Assembly (NCBI GenBank): GCA_017503545.1 | Contig: JAFVSW010000338.1 | Coordinates: 2,805-66,804, forward strand | Source: Lentisphaeria bacterium | GTDB lineage: Bacteria > Verrucomicrobiota > Lentisphaeria > Victivallales > UBA1829 | Direction of reading: 5' to 3' | Length of the DNA stretch: 64,000 nucleotides | Shown here: in pieces, positions 8,320-18,784 of the stretch | Position numbering within the stretch: position 1 is the stretch's first letter | How the letters are laid out: every line of letters starts with the position of its first letter | Made by a program: the position numbers and the translations under genes | Notes under the pieces: model-generated | Database searches by the model: none | Seen by the model: the letters and a program-made list of their open reading frames with translations, nothing else | What the model was told of the DNA's origin: nothing

Positions 8320-11300
8320 CTAATCCGATTCCGGGTATGCAGAAGCCGGAACCAAAGCAAGACGGAACCCGAGAGTTCCATTGCGATAATCCGGCGAATT
8401 ATTTCCCCGGCTGGCAATACGGGAATATTCCACACGCCCGAACCAACCGCCGCCCTTGCGTACACGGCGTGAATCATCGGAATCAGAATACGGACGACTG
8501 AATTCTGCAAGGCTTTTATTTGACTTGTTCTTCCAGTTATCCAAACACCACTCATACACATTACCGCTCATATCATACAAACCCAACTCATTGGGGCGTT
8601 TTTCGCCGACCGGATGAGTCGTTCCCATAGAATTTTCATTATACCAGCTCACTCTGTCCGGATCGTTTCCGCCGCTATACTTGTATTCTTTACTTTTGCG
8701 ACCACCGCGCGCAGCATATTCCCACTGCGTTTCCGTCGGCAGGGTAAAACGCCATCCTTTCGGCGCATACCGGTTCATTTTCTCACAAAATTTCATAGCA
8801 TCATACCAGGAAACATTATCAACAGGATAATCTTTCCCGATATTCCGCAGGGACGGAGGAGACTCCGTATCCATCACTTTACACCATAAAGCATTGGTAA
8901 CTTCATATTTTCCGATATAAAAAGTCTTTGTCAACATTTTCTGATGTTCTATTTCCTCACTGAAATTCTGTCCGTCTTTTTTACTCATGATAAAGGTTCC
9001 CGGTTCCACTTTCACCATTTCCAGCCCCAAACCGTCACAATCAACAAAACCGTTAAATTTCACCACTTTGTTCAATTCAACAGTCATTTTTTTCGGACCG
9101 GTCCAATTGCAGGTAAATTCAATTTCTTTCTTATATTCATCATCCCCTTTCTGATAAAATACAGTAGCCTTGTATGTATTATTTTTAGTAAAACCCTGCA
9201 AATATCTCATGGTATCCAATACCGTTGTCCCGAATTTTACTTTTGCAGGGACACGCTCACCATCCACGGTGGCAAAGATCTCAAGGGTCGGTTTCCGGCT
9301 ATGTTCTGTTGCTTCTGTATTGCCTTTTTCATCCGCCGCCGCAACCGGGACTAGGGCGAGGCGGAAGCCGAGGAAGTAGTAGCGATCACCCGGAGAATCG
9401 GTGATCCGACCCGCCGAACGACAGTACCTGGCGTAGATGCTCCAACCGCCGCCACGGATCACGCGGTTAGAGCCAGTCCGTGGTCCTACAGGGTCAACTA
9501 CTGCACCATCACTGTAATCACCATACCAATCCCGGCACCATTCATAAACATTTCCATGCATGTCATATAAGCCCCAGTTATTCGGTTGTTTCCGTCCTAC
9601 GGGATGGGTTCCTCCTCTCGTATCCGAATATTGTTTTTCTGGCCAACCGGAAATATCATATCCATTCGACAGTTCAAAGTCTCTTCCGCAATTTCCCCCA
9701 TACCAACCGACTAAATCTAAATTCGGAGAATTATTCTTACCTATGATACGCATATCTTCTCCACTGTTGAGTGCAGTCGTCGTCCCTGCCCGGCAGGCAT
9801 ATTCCCATTGGGCTTCCGTCGGCAGATCAAACTTATATCCACGGGGTAATTTTCCCGCATAACGCTCATTCAGTTTATCACAGAATTGCTTTGCTTCATC
9901 CCAATTGATACATTCCACCGGGCGGTTATCACCCTTGAAACGGGAGGGATTATTCCCCATGATGGCACGCCATTGCGCCTGCGTTACTTCGTACTTCCCA
10001 AGCCAATAATCTTTACTCAATGTCACCTGATGCTGTTTTTCATCATTAGATCTCCCTGACTCACTGGACGGACTCCCCATCATAAACGTTCCGGCTTTGA
10101 TCTTCACCATTTCAAGTAAAACGCCGTTGGACAAGGTAATAACAGTATCATCAGATATACTTTTTTTCAAAGCCACTGTCTGTTGTTTCGGACCACGCCA
10201 ATCACAAGTGAAACTGAAATACCCCTCATATTTTGTCTTGCCGGACTGATAGGATAACGAAGCATTATATTTACCATTTTTCGTAAAATTTTCAAAAATC
10301 CTCATGGTATCCAGTTCGGCTGAATTACCGAATTTGACTTTTGCGGGGACACGCTCCCCATCCACCGTTGCAATGATTTCAAGGGTCGGTTTCAGATTCT
10401 GTTCCGCGTCCTGTTTCAACTGCTGCGCTTCCGTACATCCGCTGTCGATTTTCAATGCGGCTGCAGCATGATCATGAACAGTCTGCCAATTCTGTTCTGT
10501 TTTGGCATTCTTTGCGGCGGCAAGTTCTTTATTGAGTTTTTCCAGTTTGATCTGTTTGTCTGCAAAAGAGATCAATTCATCCGCTTTGTTTTCATCCAGA
10601 GAACGGATTTTTTCCGCAATCTCTTTCATGCGCCCCCATTGTTTGTTATTTTTGGCACGTTCAGCCGTAAGGGACAAATCATCCAAAGTCAATTTCCGGG
10701 CTTCGGCATACGCTTTTTTATAACCGGCAAGAGCGTTTTTGAATGAGAGTTCAGCACGTTTGAAATCACCGGATCCATAAAAGTCAAACGCCTGTTTTTC
10801 AAGAGATAACGCATCATACCAAGTCATATAGGCAAGACGGGAACCGTTGAATTTCTCCACATTTGTCTTTAAATCCGACACCTGTTTCTGTAAACGCTGT
10901 ACCAGTTCCCGTAACGGCGCATTGATTAAAATCCAATCTGCCGCCTGTTCCGCTTCCAAAAAATCATTTTTTGCATCAGTAACACTGCCGCTTGCTATAT
11001 TCTGCCCTCCGGATTCAAATTTATTTTTCAAAATATCCAGATATTTACCGAAAGTCTGCCCACGATCACAACCGGCAGATTCAATTTCCTTTTTCTTTCC
11101 GGCAACGCGTGCTTGCAAACGGTATGCTTCCTGTACCAGTGCTGCAATTTCCCGTTCTTCCGCCCGGCGTTTTTCCGCCGCAGTACGGATCTGTTCGGCT
11201 TCAGCGGCAGCGGCTTCTTTTGCAAGGCGTTCCTGTTCCGCTTTTTTTGCCGCATTTTCAGCATTCCAGCGTGCCATCACACTGTTTGCAAAGCGTTTTG

Positions 11301-12363
11301 TTTTTTCCCATAAGAAACCGATTTGCCCGACCGGCATGGTATAATAGCAATACAATCCGCCGCCCATCAGGAGAACAAGCAGGAGTATGCCGGCAAGCCA
11401 TTTGCCTGCACAGCCTTTTTTATTGTTCTTCTTACCACTCAAAGCGGCAACAAAGTCGGAACATACGCCAAAACGATCGGTGGACTTTTTACTTAAAGCC
11501 CGGAGCAAAGCGGTATTTACATATTTCGGAATATCCGGGATGGGATTAACTTTACTGTTCAACACCGCTTGCCGCAGCACTGCGGCATCCGTACTTTCAA
11601 ATGGTGGTGTTCCTGTCAGCATTTCATAAGTCATGACTGCCAATGCATACTGGTCGGTTTTTGCATCCTGCGCTCTGCCTTCCCATTGTTCCGGTGCCAT
11701 GTAAGGACCGGTTCCGCTTGTGCCGTGATATGCCATGGAAATACGGGTCATACTGGTATGGATCTGTGCGGCAAGACCGAAGTCCAGAACTTTGATTTTA
11801 CCATGTGCATCAATCATGATATTGCCGGGTTTGATATCCCGGTGTATGATCTTCATTTCATGCGCATAATCCAACGCGTCGGCGATCTGCTTTACGATGG
11901 GCAGAATATCATTGACCGTTAAATTTCCATCCCGGCGTTTCTGTTTGAGCCAGCGGCGGAGATCCTCCCCCTCGCAACATTCCATGATAAGGTAATAATT
12001 GCCGTTATATGGATCGCGTTCCAGATTTTTTGAGGCAGCAATGTTCTGATGGATTAATTTGGATATCAATTGAAAATTATCTTTGATATCATCCATTTCC
12101 TGTGTGTTATGACTCAATTCCGGCGGCAGAGCTTTCAACGCAACTTCAACCCCTGCCGTTTCATCAAAACATTTGTAAACCACGCCCATACCACCCTGCC
12201 CGAGTTCGGCAAGAACTTTATACCGGGACATAATCAAATCGCCGATTTGAAATCTGCCATCGGGTCTGCGGTCATGCTGACCGGGTATGGTTGCCTCATC
12301 GGACACATGATGCATTGACACATGCTGCCGACGGGGTGGGATGGTTTTATTTGAATCGTCCAT
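8320..12363 (-). CDS. receptor Ser/Thr protein kinase with two extracytoplasmic FGE-sulfatase (C-type-lectin-fold) modules (kinase 1)
   Basis: 1347-aa ORF. Hanks kinase motifs are GQGGMGVVYK, HRDIKPGN, DFG and APE, followed by one TM (WLAGILLLVLLMGGGLYCY) and a long helical region. Then come two copies of [PTLEI.ATVDGERVPAKVKFG beta module + FGE-sulfatase domain: YEVT..W, LPTE.QWEYA.R.G, YDM.GNVYEWC, R..GGGW, LGFRLALVP]. Confidence 0.9.
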   Translation of the reverse strand: MDDSNKTIPPRRQHVSMHHVSDEATIPGQHDRRPDGRFQIGDLIMSRYKVLAELGQGGMGVVYKCFDETAGVEVALKALPPELSHNTQEMDDIKDNFQLISKLIHQNIAASKNLERDPYNGNYYLIMECCEGEDLRRWLKQKRRDGNLTVNDILPIVKQIADALDYAHEMKIIHRDIKPGNIMIDAHGKIKVLDFGLAAQIHTSMTRISMAYHGTSGTGPYMAPEQWEGRAQDAKTDQYALAVMTYEMLTGTPPFESTDAAVLRQAVLNSKVNPIPDIPKYVNTALLRALSKKSTDRFGVCSDFVAALSGKKNNKKGCAGKWLAGILLLVLLMGGGLYCYYTMPVGQIGFLWEKTKRFANSVMARWNAENAAKKAEQERLAKEAAAAEAEQIRTAAEKRRAEEREIAALVQEAYRLQARVAGKKKEIESAGCDRGQTFGKYLDILKNKFESGGQNIASGSVTDAKNDFLEAEQAADWILINAPLRELVQRLQKQVSDLKTNVEKFNGSRLAYMTWYDALSLEKQAFDFYGSGDFKRAELSFKNALAGYKKAYAEARKLTLDDLSLTAERAKNNKQWGRMKEIAEKIRSLDENKADELISFADKQIKLEKLNKELAAAKNAKTEQNWQTVHDHAAAALKIDSGCTEAQQLKQDAEQNLKPTLEIIATVDGERVPAKVKFGNSAELDTMRIFENFTKNGKYNASLSYQSGKTKYEGYFSFTCDWRGPKQQTVALKKSISDDTVITLSNGVLLEMVKIKAGTFMMGSPSSESGRSNDEKQHQVTLSKDYWLGKYEVTQAQWRAIMGNNPSRFKGDNRPVECINWDEAKQFCDKLNERYAGKLPRGYKFDLPTEAQWEYACRAGTTTALNSGEDMRIIGKNNSPNLDLVGWYGGNCGRDFELSNGYDISGWPEKQYSDTRGGTHPVGRKQPNNWGLYDMHGNVYEWCRDWYGDYSDGAVVDPVGPRTGSNRVIRGGGWSIYARYCRSAGRITDSPGDRYYFLGFRLALVPVAAADEKGNTEATEHSRKPTLEIFATVDGERVPAKVKFGTTVLDTMRYLQGFTKNNTYKATVFYQKGDDEYKKEIEFTCNWTGPKKMTVELNKVVKFNGFVDCDGLGLEMVKVEPGTFIMSKKDGQNFSEEIEHQKMLTKTFYIGKYEVTNALWCKVMDTESPPSLRNIGKDYPVDNVSWYDAMKFCEKMNRYAPKGWRFTLPTETQWEYAARGGRKSKEYKYSGGNDPDRVSWYNENSMGTTHPVGEKRPNELGLYDMSGNVYEWCLDNWKNKSNKSLAEFSRPYSDSDDSRRVRKGGGWFGRVEYSRIASRGNNSPDYRNGTLGFRLALVPASAYPESD

Positions 12364-12396
12364 TCATCAACCTTTTTTGAACAACGGCGGCGGCTC

Positions 12397-13020
12397 TTAC
12401 TTTTTCACCTGAAAGTCATAAAAACGATTGCGGCCTTCGCAGGCGATCACGCCAAGATAATACTCTTCTGCGAGATGGGGCAGCGCACAACCGAATTTGT
12501 GATCACCGCAAGTAATTTCCAGTTCCAGCATTTCATTGTTGATCTGTTTTACATTGATCTGCAAATCATAAATCGTTTTGGCATCATAATTACACATCAG
12601 AAATGCGGTCCGGATGTATGCCGGTTTGCCATCCTGATAGGTGTGATGCCATACATTGATCCCATCCATAAACAACACAATTTCGTAATGTTCACGGAAT
12701 TCCGGAAAACCATTTTTACCTTTTCCCAATTCCGGGGCAATGACGATCAGCGGTGCCATCAAATGATCAAAACTCATTTTGGATGATACGGTGAACTCAG
12801 GAGAAAATTTTTCTTTGTACACCATAGCAGAATACACTTTGCTTCCGTATTTTTCAAACAGTTCTTCATCGGAAACATCCGGTGTCACATTGCGGATATA
12901 ATCGTCTTCCTGCGCCCAATCATTGATATATTCCCAGCGGGGACTTTTCACTTCGATAAAGTCACTTTTATTCCATGCGCCGCGTGCAAAAACGACTTCG
13001 ACATTCTTTTCCGTTGACAT
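12397..13020 (-). CDS. hypothetical protein
   Basis: ORF 12397..13056. I prefer the internal ATG at 13020 (MSTEKNVEVV...), which removes the 20-nt overlap with pyrH. I recognise no motif. Confidence 0.55.
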   Translation of the reverse strand: MSTEKNVEVVFARGAWNKSDFIEVKSPRWEYINDWAQEDDYIRNVTPDVSDEELFEKYGSKVYSAMVYKEKFSPEFTVSSKMSFDHLMAPLIVIAPELGKGKNGFPEFREHYEIVLFMDGINVWHHTYQDGKPAYIRTAFLMCNYDAKTIYDLQINVKQINNEMLELEITCGDHKFGCALPHLAEEYYLGVIACEGRNRFYDFQVKK

Positions 13021-13036
13021 ATCCGGTAAACTCCTG

Positions 13037-13753
13037 TCAGCAAACAACGGTTCCAACCGTGAAATCCCCGGTCAGGATCTTTGTCAATGCACCGGCTTCC
13101 GTAAATTTACACACGATGATATGAAGATTGTTATCCATGCAGAGAGAAAATGCAGCGGAATCCATGATTTTGTATCTGCCTTCTACTGCCTGCTGGAATG
13201 TCAGAGTATCAAATTTTACGGCGGTGGAATCTTTCATCGGGTCAGCCGTGTAGATGCCGTTGACTTTTGTTGCTTTGACTACTGCCTGACAATTGGTTTC
13301 CAATGCGCGGAGAGCAGCAGTGGTATCGGTTGTGAAGAAGGGGGCACCGGTACCGCCGGCAAAAAGAACGATATCGCCGTTTTCCAATTGTTTCAAAGCT
13401 TCATCCCGTTCAAACCGTGGAGCAAACGGGCGCAAATCGGTACAGGCATGAACATGAGCAGGCACATTGCGGCGTGTAAATGCATCCTTCAGACAAAGAG
13501 CATTCATGACTGTGGCAAGCATCCCCATGTGATCGGCAGTGACACGATCCATACCGTTACCGGCACCTGCCAGTCCGCGCCAGAGATTACCGGCACCGAT
13601 AACGAGGGCGATCTGAACGCCGGAGTTTCTTGCTTCACAAATGCGATCGGCAACGGATTCAACGGTTGCGGCATCATAGCCGTGCCCCTGAGGGCCTTGC
13701 AAAGATTCACCACTGATTTTCAAAAGTATGCGTTTATACTTGAGCTGACTCAT
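13037..13753 (-). CDS. pyrH: UMP kinase
   Basis: 238-aa ORF. KRILLKISGESL and VIGAGNLWRG motifs, with typical PyrH length. Confidence 0.95.
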   Translation of the reverse strand: MSQLKYKRILLKISGESLQGPQGHGYDAATVESVADRICEARNSGVQIALVIGAGNLWRGLAGAGNGMDRVTADHMGMLATVMNALCLKDAFTRRNVPAHVHACTDLRPFAPRFERDEALKQLENGDIVLFAGGTGAPFFTTDTTAALRALETNCQAVVKATKVNGIYTADPMKDSTAVKFDTLTFQQAVEGRYKIMDSAAFSLCMDNNLHIIVCKFTEAGALTKILTGDFTVGTVVC

Positions 13754-13925
13754 GATTTTGATCTCCTGTTAAAAAATGTCATCCCGGTAATGTACTGCTG
13801 TTTCTGCTTTTTTTCCACTCTTTTTTTGAAAAAAAACGTATAAAATTTTGATTTTGCAGAAAACAATGCTATGGTATCGCCAATACGTATAAAAAAAACT
13901 GCTAACAGAAAGATCAAAGAGTATC

Positions 13926-15776
13926 ATGTCTGCATCCCTTCCATTCAAAAAATCGAATGTCAATTATTCTAATAATCCATATTGCAAAACGCTGTCGCTG
14001 CCGCTGATCACGACGTCCTTCCAATTCGGAACTGCCATGCAGGATCCGGTATGGAAACACGCGGTTTCTGCCAACGACTTCACGCCATTCAGCAGTCATG
14101 GCAAAGCATTGGAAAAAGGCTCGGAATTTGCCGTTTTCTGCACGGAGACCCATTTCGTGATCGGCATGTTTTTCTATGAAGATCCTGCCAATTTCATCCG
14201 TCAGCCGAATCAACACAGCAGTGTGTGGTCCGGGGATATGGTGGAACTCCATTTCGGCAGTATGGAACCGGATCCATGGCTGTATCAAACCGGATTGGGA
14301 ATCAGCGGAAACCGTTTCGACAGTACGGGCAATTATGAAAAATGGCAGGCACAGACGTTTGAAAACGAAAACGGATGGGGCGCAGAAGTGCGCTTTGAGC
14401 TGTCACTGTTCCGGCTGACGGAAGGCGGTTTCCGGTTCAATATTTGCAGACAGGCTCTCAAGCGCAGTGAATTTTCCTGCTGGTCTCCGCTTCAACTCCG
14501 ATTCCATGAAGTGGAAAACTTTGGCGAACTGCTTATGACGGATTACAAAACAGCCTTGCAGCTGAAAACCGGCAAGTTTATCACGGCATCTGCGATTTCC
14601 AGAGAGGAATATGAACAGACCATGACAAAAGCGATGATCCCGGCACAAGCCGTACTGCATGGTCCCTATCTTTCCTGTCCGGAAAAAGACAGTGTATGTA
14701 TTTCCTGGGAAACGGCGGGCTTGGTTCCCTCTTTTGTGCAATACCGGGAAAAAGGATCCGATCAGACACAAATCGTATACAGCGGAAAAGCCCATGGCAT
14801 TCTCCGGCACGATACCACACACTTTGTCCATCTCACCAATTTGATACCGGGCAAAGAGTACGAATATGAAATCCTGACCCTTCGCCCGGTAACACAGGAA
14901 GCCGATTCTTCCGGAATCTGCCGGACATTCAAAATGCCGGATGCGGATTGCAATGCGTTCTCTTTCACCTGTATTTCCGATATCCATTCCAATGTCCGTT
15001 ATCTGGAAAAATCGCTGGAAGCACCGGGCAGTGATCAAAGTGTGTTCTATGCATTACTGGGGGACAACTTGAGTCATGCAGCCGGCAGAGAAGCATTATA
15101 CAAGGGAATCATGGATCCGATTGTAACAGCGAACCGTAATTATCCTCATGAAAAGCCGGTGGTCTTTGTCCGCGGCAATCATGAACAATTGGGGGTTTAT
15201 GCGTCTGAATATTTCCATGTAATGCGCCATTATTCCGGCAAAACATTTTATTCATTCACACAGGGCAACACCTGTTTTATCGTGCTTGACAGTGGGAATG
15301 ACAATCCGGATGAAAACGGCAAGCATTATTTCTCCAATCCGGAACAAAAGGCTGCACAGCGGCAATTTCTGCAGGAATTGATTCAATCTCCGGATTACAG
15401 AAATGCCGCATTCCGCGTTGTCATGGTCCATATTCCACCCACGGAAAAACGCCCCGGATGTCTCGCCGAAAAAGTGTATGATATGGTCGAACCTCTCCGT
15501 AATGCGGAAATTCTTCCGGATGTCATGTTCTGCGGTCACACACACGATTATGAACGGACAGCAGCCAATGAAAGCGGGTACATCTTATCCACCAATAAAA
15601 AACACAACAAGGAAACAGAAACGCTGGTCAATCCCTGGCCGGTCATCATCAATTCCTGTACGACCGCGCTCCATTGTGAAGTAACCGGACAAACAATCAC
15701 CATCAAGTCTTACGATGTTCTGCAAGCTGCGGAACCGGTATTGCTTGATACCGTAACCATTCGGAAAAAGAATTGA
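13926..15776 (+). CDS. metallophosphoesterase (purple-acid-phosphatase-like) with an N-terminal carbohydrate-binding-like domain
   Basis: 616-aa ORF. Calcineurin-like motifs are ISDIHSN, LGDN, VRGNHE, VMVHIPP and CGHTHDYE. The N-terminal region (DPVWKHA...) resembles CBM9/DOMON-like modules. Confidence 0.78.
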   Translation: MSASLPFKKSNVNYSNNPYCKTLSLPLITTSFQFGTAMQDPVWKHAVSANDFTPFSSHGKALEKGSEFAVFCTETHFVIGMFFYEDPANFIRQPNQHSSVWSGDMVELHFGSMEPDPWLYQTGLGISGNRFDSTGNYEKWQAQTFENENGWGAEVRFELSLFRLTEGGFRFNICRQALKRSEFSCWSPLQLRFHEVENFGELLMTDYKTALQLKTGKFITASAISREEYEQTMTKAMIPAQAVLHGPYLSCPEKDSVCISWETAGLVPSFVQYREKGSDQTQIVYSGKAHGILRHDTTHFVHLTNLIPGKEYEYEILTLRPVTQEADSSGICRTFKMPDADCNAFSFTCISDIHSNVRYLEKSLEAPGSDQSVFYALLGDNLSHAAGREALYKGIMDPIVTANRNYPHEKPVVFVRGNHEQLGVYASEYFHVMRHYSGKTFYSFTQGNTCFIVLDSGNDNPDENGKHYFSNPEQKAAQRQFLQELIQSPDYRNAAFRVVMVHIPPTEKRPGCLAEKVYDMVEPLRNAEILPDVMFCGHTHDYERTAANESGYILSTNKKHNKETETLVNPWPVIINSCTTALHCEVTGQTITIKSYDVLQAAEPVLLDTVTIRKKN

Positions 15777-15796
15777 TAAATAAGGATGAAACAATA

Positions 15797-17896
15797 ATGA
15801 GTACACTGGTATACCCCTCAAAAGAAGAAAAATTCGATTTCAGAAAACGTCTTGCTCAGGTACATATTCCGCGGAAAAACCCGACTGCCGCACCCTTGAC
15901 AGCCGATGAAACAAAAATCGACGCTTCCTGGAAAATCGTCCCCCTTTCCACAGAAAAAGTATTGACCCGTGCCGCTGCCGACTTGCAGGATTATTTCCGT
16001 GTCGGATTCGATTTGGATTTACCATTGGCTGATACCATAACCGATCATTGCATCACCATCGGTGTCGCAACGGAAGATCATGAACGCCGCTGCCGGATCA
16101 CGGCGGAAAAGGATATGGTACGTATTACCGGCGCAACCGCACGGGAAGCAGCACAGGGGTGTTACCGTCTGGAAGATGAATTGAACATGCGGGGTGAATC
16201 TTATGTCAAGCACGGATCCCGAACCTACACCCGTCTTTATTCTCCGCGTATGACACATTCCGGTTGGGATTTGGAAGTGTTCCCGGATGAATATCTTGCC
16301 CGTGTTGCCCATGAAGGAATGGATTCCATTATTATCTTCATCAGAGAAACCCCGGACATCACCCGGAACGGCAAAGTGGATATCAATGCGGAAGTGGAAC
16401 GTGCGGCAGAATACGGTTTGGATGTATATCTTTACCCGTGCAGTTACATTGAAGCGGCAAAATATCATCCCCTTGATCCTGGGGCAAAAGAACATTATGA
16501 TGCGTTGTATGGTGCAATCGTAAAAAATGCACCCGGCATCCGCGGATTGGTCTTTGTCGGCGAATCCGTTGCTTTCCCCTCCAGAACGGAAGGCGTAAAC
16601 GGCTATTGGTGGGATCCCGAAAAACGGGGAAAAATCCATTACAACGGCTTTTGGCCCAATGAAGATTGGGTGGATTGGCTGAATCTGGTGCGGGAAGTGA
16701 CCCGGAAGTATAAAAGCGATCTGGAACTTTATTTCTGGACTTATAACTGGTATTGGGCACCGGAAAAAGATCGTTTGAAATTGCTGGAAATGATCCCCGA
16801 TGATATTACCGTACATGTCACCTTTGAAATGGGGGACGAGCCGGTCATAAAAAATGGTGTGCCGATAAAAGTACAGGATTATTCCATTTCCGTACCGGGC
16901 CCAAGTGCGGTATTTGCATCGGAAGCCAAAGTGGTCTCCCGCCGGGGAATCAAACTCAGTTCCATGGCGAGCAGCGGCGGCAGCACCTGGGATTTTGGCT
17001 GCATTCCCTATATGCCCTTCCCCTTTGCCTGGATGAAACGGTATGACAATCTGTTGAAAGCGCAGAAAGACTGGGGTCTTTCCGGCTTGATGGAATGTCA
17101 TCACTACGGCTTTACCCCATCCTTTATTTCTGAAATGGCAAAAGTTGCTTTTACCGGAGAAATGACGCTGAATGAAGAATATCTGATGGCAATCGCCGCC
17201 CGGGATTTCGGCGCAGATAATGCAAAAACGGTAGTGGATGCATGGCGGGATTGGAGTGATGCAATGTCGTATCATCCTGCACGGGAATTTGACCAGTACG
17301 GTCCGCTGCGTGTCGGTCCGGTCTATCCCTTTGTCTTCCCGGGTGAAAAATTACCGCCGCCACTGCATCCCCGGTATGAATATTACAATGGAAAACGTCT
17401 CGGAAGCGGTTGGGTACACGTATTCGGGGAATTCAGTATGCCGGCAGATTGCGTTGCACCATACATTGCCATGGCGGAAAAAGAATTGGCTTTGGTCCAT
17501 GCCGGCAATGTCAAATTACAATCCGTACTGGATTCCGTCCCGGAAGTTTGTAAGGAAAGAGCATTGCGCCTGATGGCAATCGGGGAATTCATCGAACACA
17601 CCATCCGGACTATGCGGAACGTGAAACGTTTCTATCAGAACGGCTTGCTTGTTCAGAATGAAAATACGGAAAAAGCGGAAAAACTGGCAGCCCTGACAGT
17701 AATGCGTTCTGTTCTGGCGGATGAAGAACAGAACGTGCGGGAAACGATTCCGCTGACAGAATACGATTCCCGTCTCGGCTGGGAACCCTCCATGCGTTAC
17801 ACCACCGCACCGGACAATCTGGAATGGAAATTGAATCAGCTCAAAGAAGCCTGTGCCGCCGTGGATGAGCAGGAACGTTTGATCCGTAAAGGGTAA
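15797..17896 (+). CDS. hypothetical protein (possibly glycan-active; no motif recognised)
   Basis: The long ORF at 15773 starts with TTG. An ATG at 15797 has an AAGGA RBS. The protein is large and soluble, and the gene abuts the metallophosphoesterase gene. Confidence 0.6.
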   Translation: MSTLVYPSKEEKFDFRKRLAQVHIPRKNPTAAPLTADETKIDASWKIVPLSTEKVLTRAAADLQDYFRVGFDLDLPLADTITDHCITIGVATEDHERRCRITAEKDMVRITGATAREAAQGCYRLEDELNMRGESYVKHGSRTYTRLYSPRMTHSGWDLEVFPDEYLARVAHEGMDSIIIFIRETPDITRNGKVDINAEVERAAEYGLDVYLYPCSYIEAAKYHPLDPGAKEHYDALYGAIVKNAPGIRGLVFVGESVAFPSRTEGVNGYWWDPEKRGKIHYNGFWPNEDWVDWLNLVREVTRKYKSDLELYFWTYNWYWAPEKDRLKLLEMIPDDITVHVTFEMGDEPVIKNGVPIKVQDYSISVPGPSAVFASEAKVVSRRGIKLSSMASSGGSTWDFGCIPYMPFPFAWMKRYDNLLKAQKDWGLSGLMECHHYGFTPSFISEMAKVAFTGEMTLNEEYLMAIAARDFGADNAKTVVDAWRDWSDAMSYHPAREFDQYGPLRVGPVYPFVFPGEKLPPPLHPRYEYYNGKRLGSGWVHVFGEFSMPADCVAPYIAMAEKELALVHAGNVKLQSVLDSVPEVCKERALRLMAIGEFIEHTIRTMRNVKRFYQNGLLVQNENTEKAEKLAALTVMRSVLADEEQNVRETIPLTEYDSRLGWEPSMRYTTAPDNLEWKLNQLKEACAAVDEQERLIRKG

Positions 17897-17917
17897 TACT
17901 TGTTGAAAGGTTTTGAA

Positions 17918-18391
17918 ATGGGAAAAATTCACATTCTCTTTATCTGCCACGGCAATATCTGCCGCAGTCCCATGGCAGAATTTATCATGAAAGATATGGT
18001 TGAAAAAGCCGGGTTGAGTAATTGCTTTGAAATCGCTTCCGCCGCTACCAGCACGGAAGAATTGGGCAACAGTGTTTACCCTCCCGCCCGACGGATCCTC
18101 GCCGAACACGGAATCGGGTGTGCCGGAAAAACGGCGCGTCAGGTCACCCGTCGGGAATATGATCAATGGGATCTGCTGATCTGTATGGATCAACGCAACG
18201 TCCGGAATCTCATGCGGATCATCGGGGACGATCCCGAACAGAAATGCCGTCTCCTTCTGGATTATGCCGACCGCCCCGGGGAAGAAGTGGACGATCCCTG
18301 GTACAGCGGCGATTTCCGTACCACATGGAATGATGTCTGCTCCGGTTGCGCCGGAATTTTGGAACAATATCAGAACGGAGAACTCTTATGA
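17918..18391 (+). CDS. low-molecular-weight protein-tyrosine phosphatase
   Basis: The CX5R(S/T) P-loop ILFICHGNICRSPMAE lies at the N-terminus, with a DP(W)Y motif near the C-terminus. The ATG at 17918 is preferred over the TTG at 17900. Confidence 0.9.
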   Translation: MGKIHILFICHGNICRSPMAEFIMKDMVEKAGLSNCFEIASAATSTEELGNSVYPPARRILAEHGIGCAGKTARQVTRREYDQWDLLICMDQRNVRNLMRIIGDDPEQKCRLLLDYADRPGEEVDDPWYSGDFRTTWNDVCSGCAGILEQYQNGELL

Positions 18392-18762
18392 CGGCGCCAA
18401 CGGATGAATTGGATCTTTCTCAATTCCAATGTCTCTGCTGCGGCACCTGCTGCCGGTGGGAAGGACCGGTGCGGGTAACCGATGAAGAACTGAAAAAAAT
18501 CGCAGAATATCTGAACATCCCATTGCAGGAGTTTATTGATAAACATACGGTTTTGACCCCGGACCGCCGTTCCCTTTCTCTGATGGAAAAGGAAGACGGT
18601 TCCTGCCGTTATTACGATGCGGAAACCCGATTTTGTCAAATCCAGGCAGTAAAGCCGAAACAATGCCGGGATTTTCCGTATCATTGGAAATTCAAGGGAT
18701 GGGAAAAATTATGTGCAGGCGGAGCCCGCCTCGCTGAATTACAGAAAAAGAAACAAAGTTGA
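18388..18762 (+). CDS. YkgJ-family (UPF0153) cysteine-cluster protein
   Basis: CLCCGTCCRWEG...C..Q..KP.QCR.FP pattern. The ATG at 18388 overlaps the upstream stop (ATGA). Confidence 0.78.
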   Translation: MTAPTDELDLSQFQCLCCGTCCRWEGPVRVTDEELKKIAEYLNIPLQEFIDKHTVLTPDRRSLSLMEKEDGSCRYYDAETRFCQIQAVKPKQCRDFPYHWKFKGWEKLCAGGARLAELQKKKQS

Positions 18763-18784
18763 AATAATTTGTAACAGGTGATAT

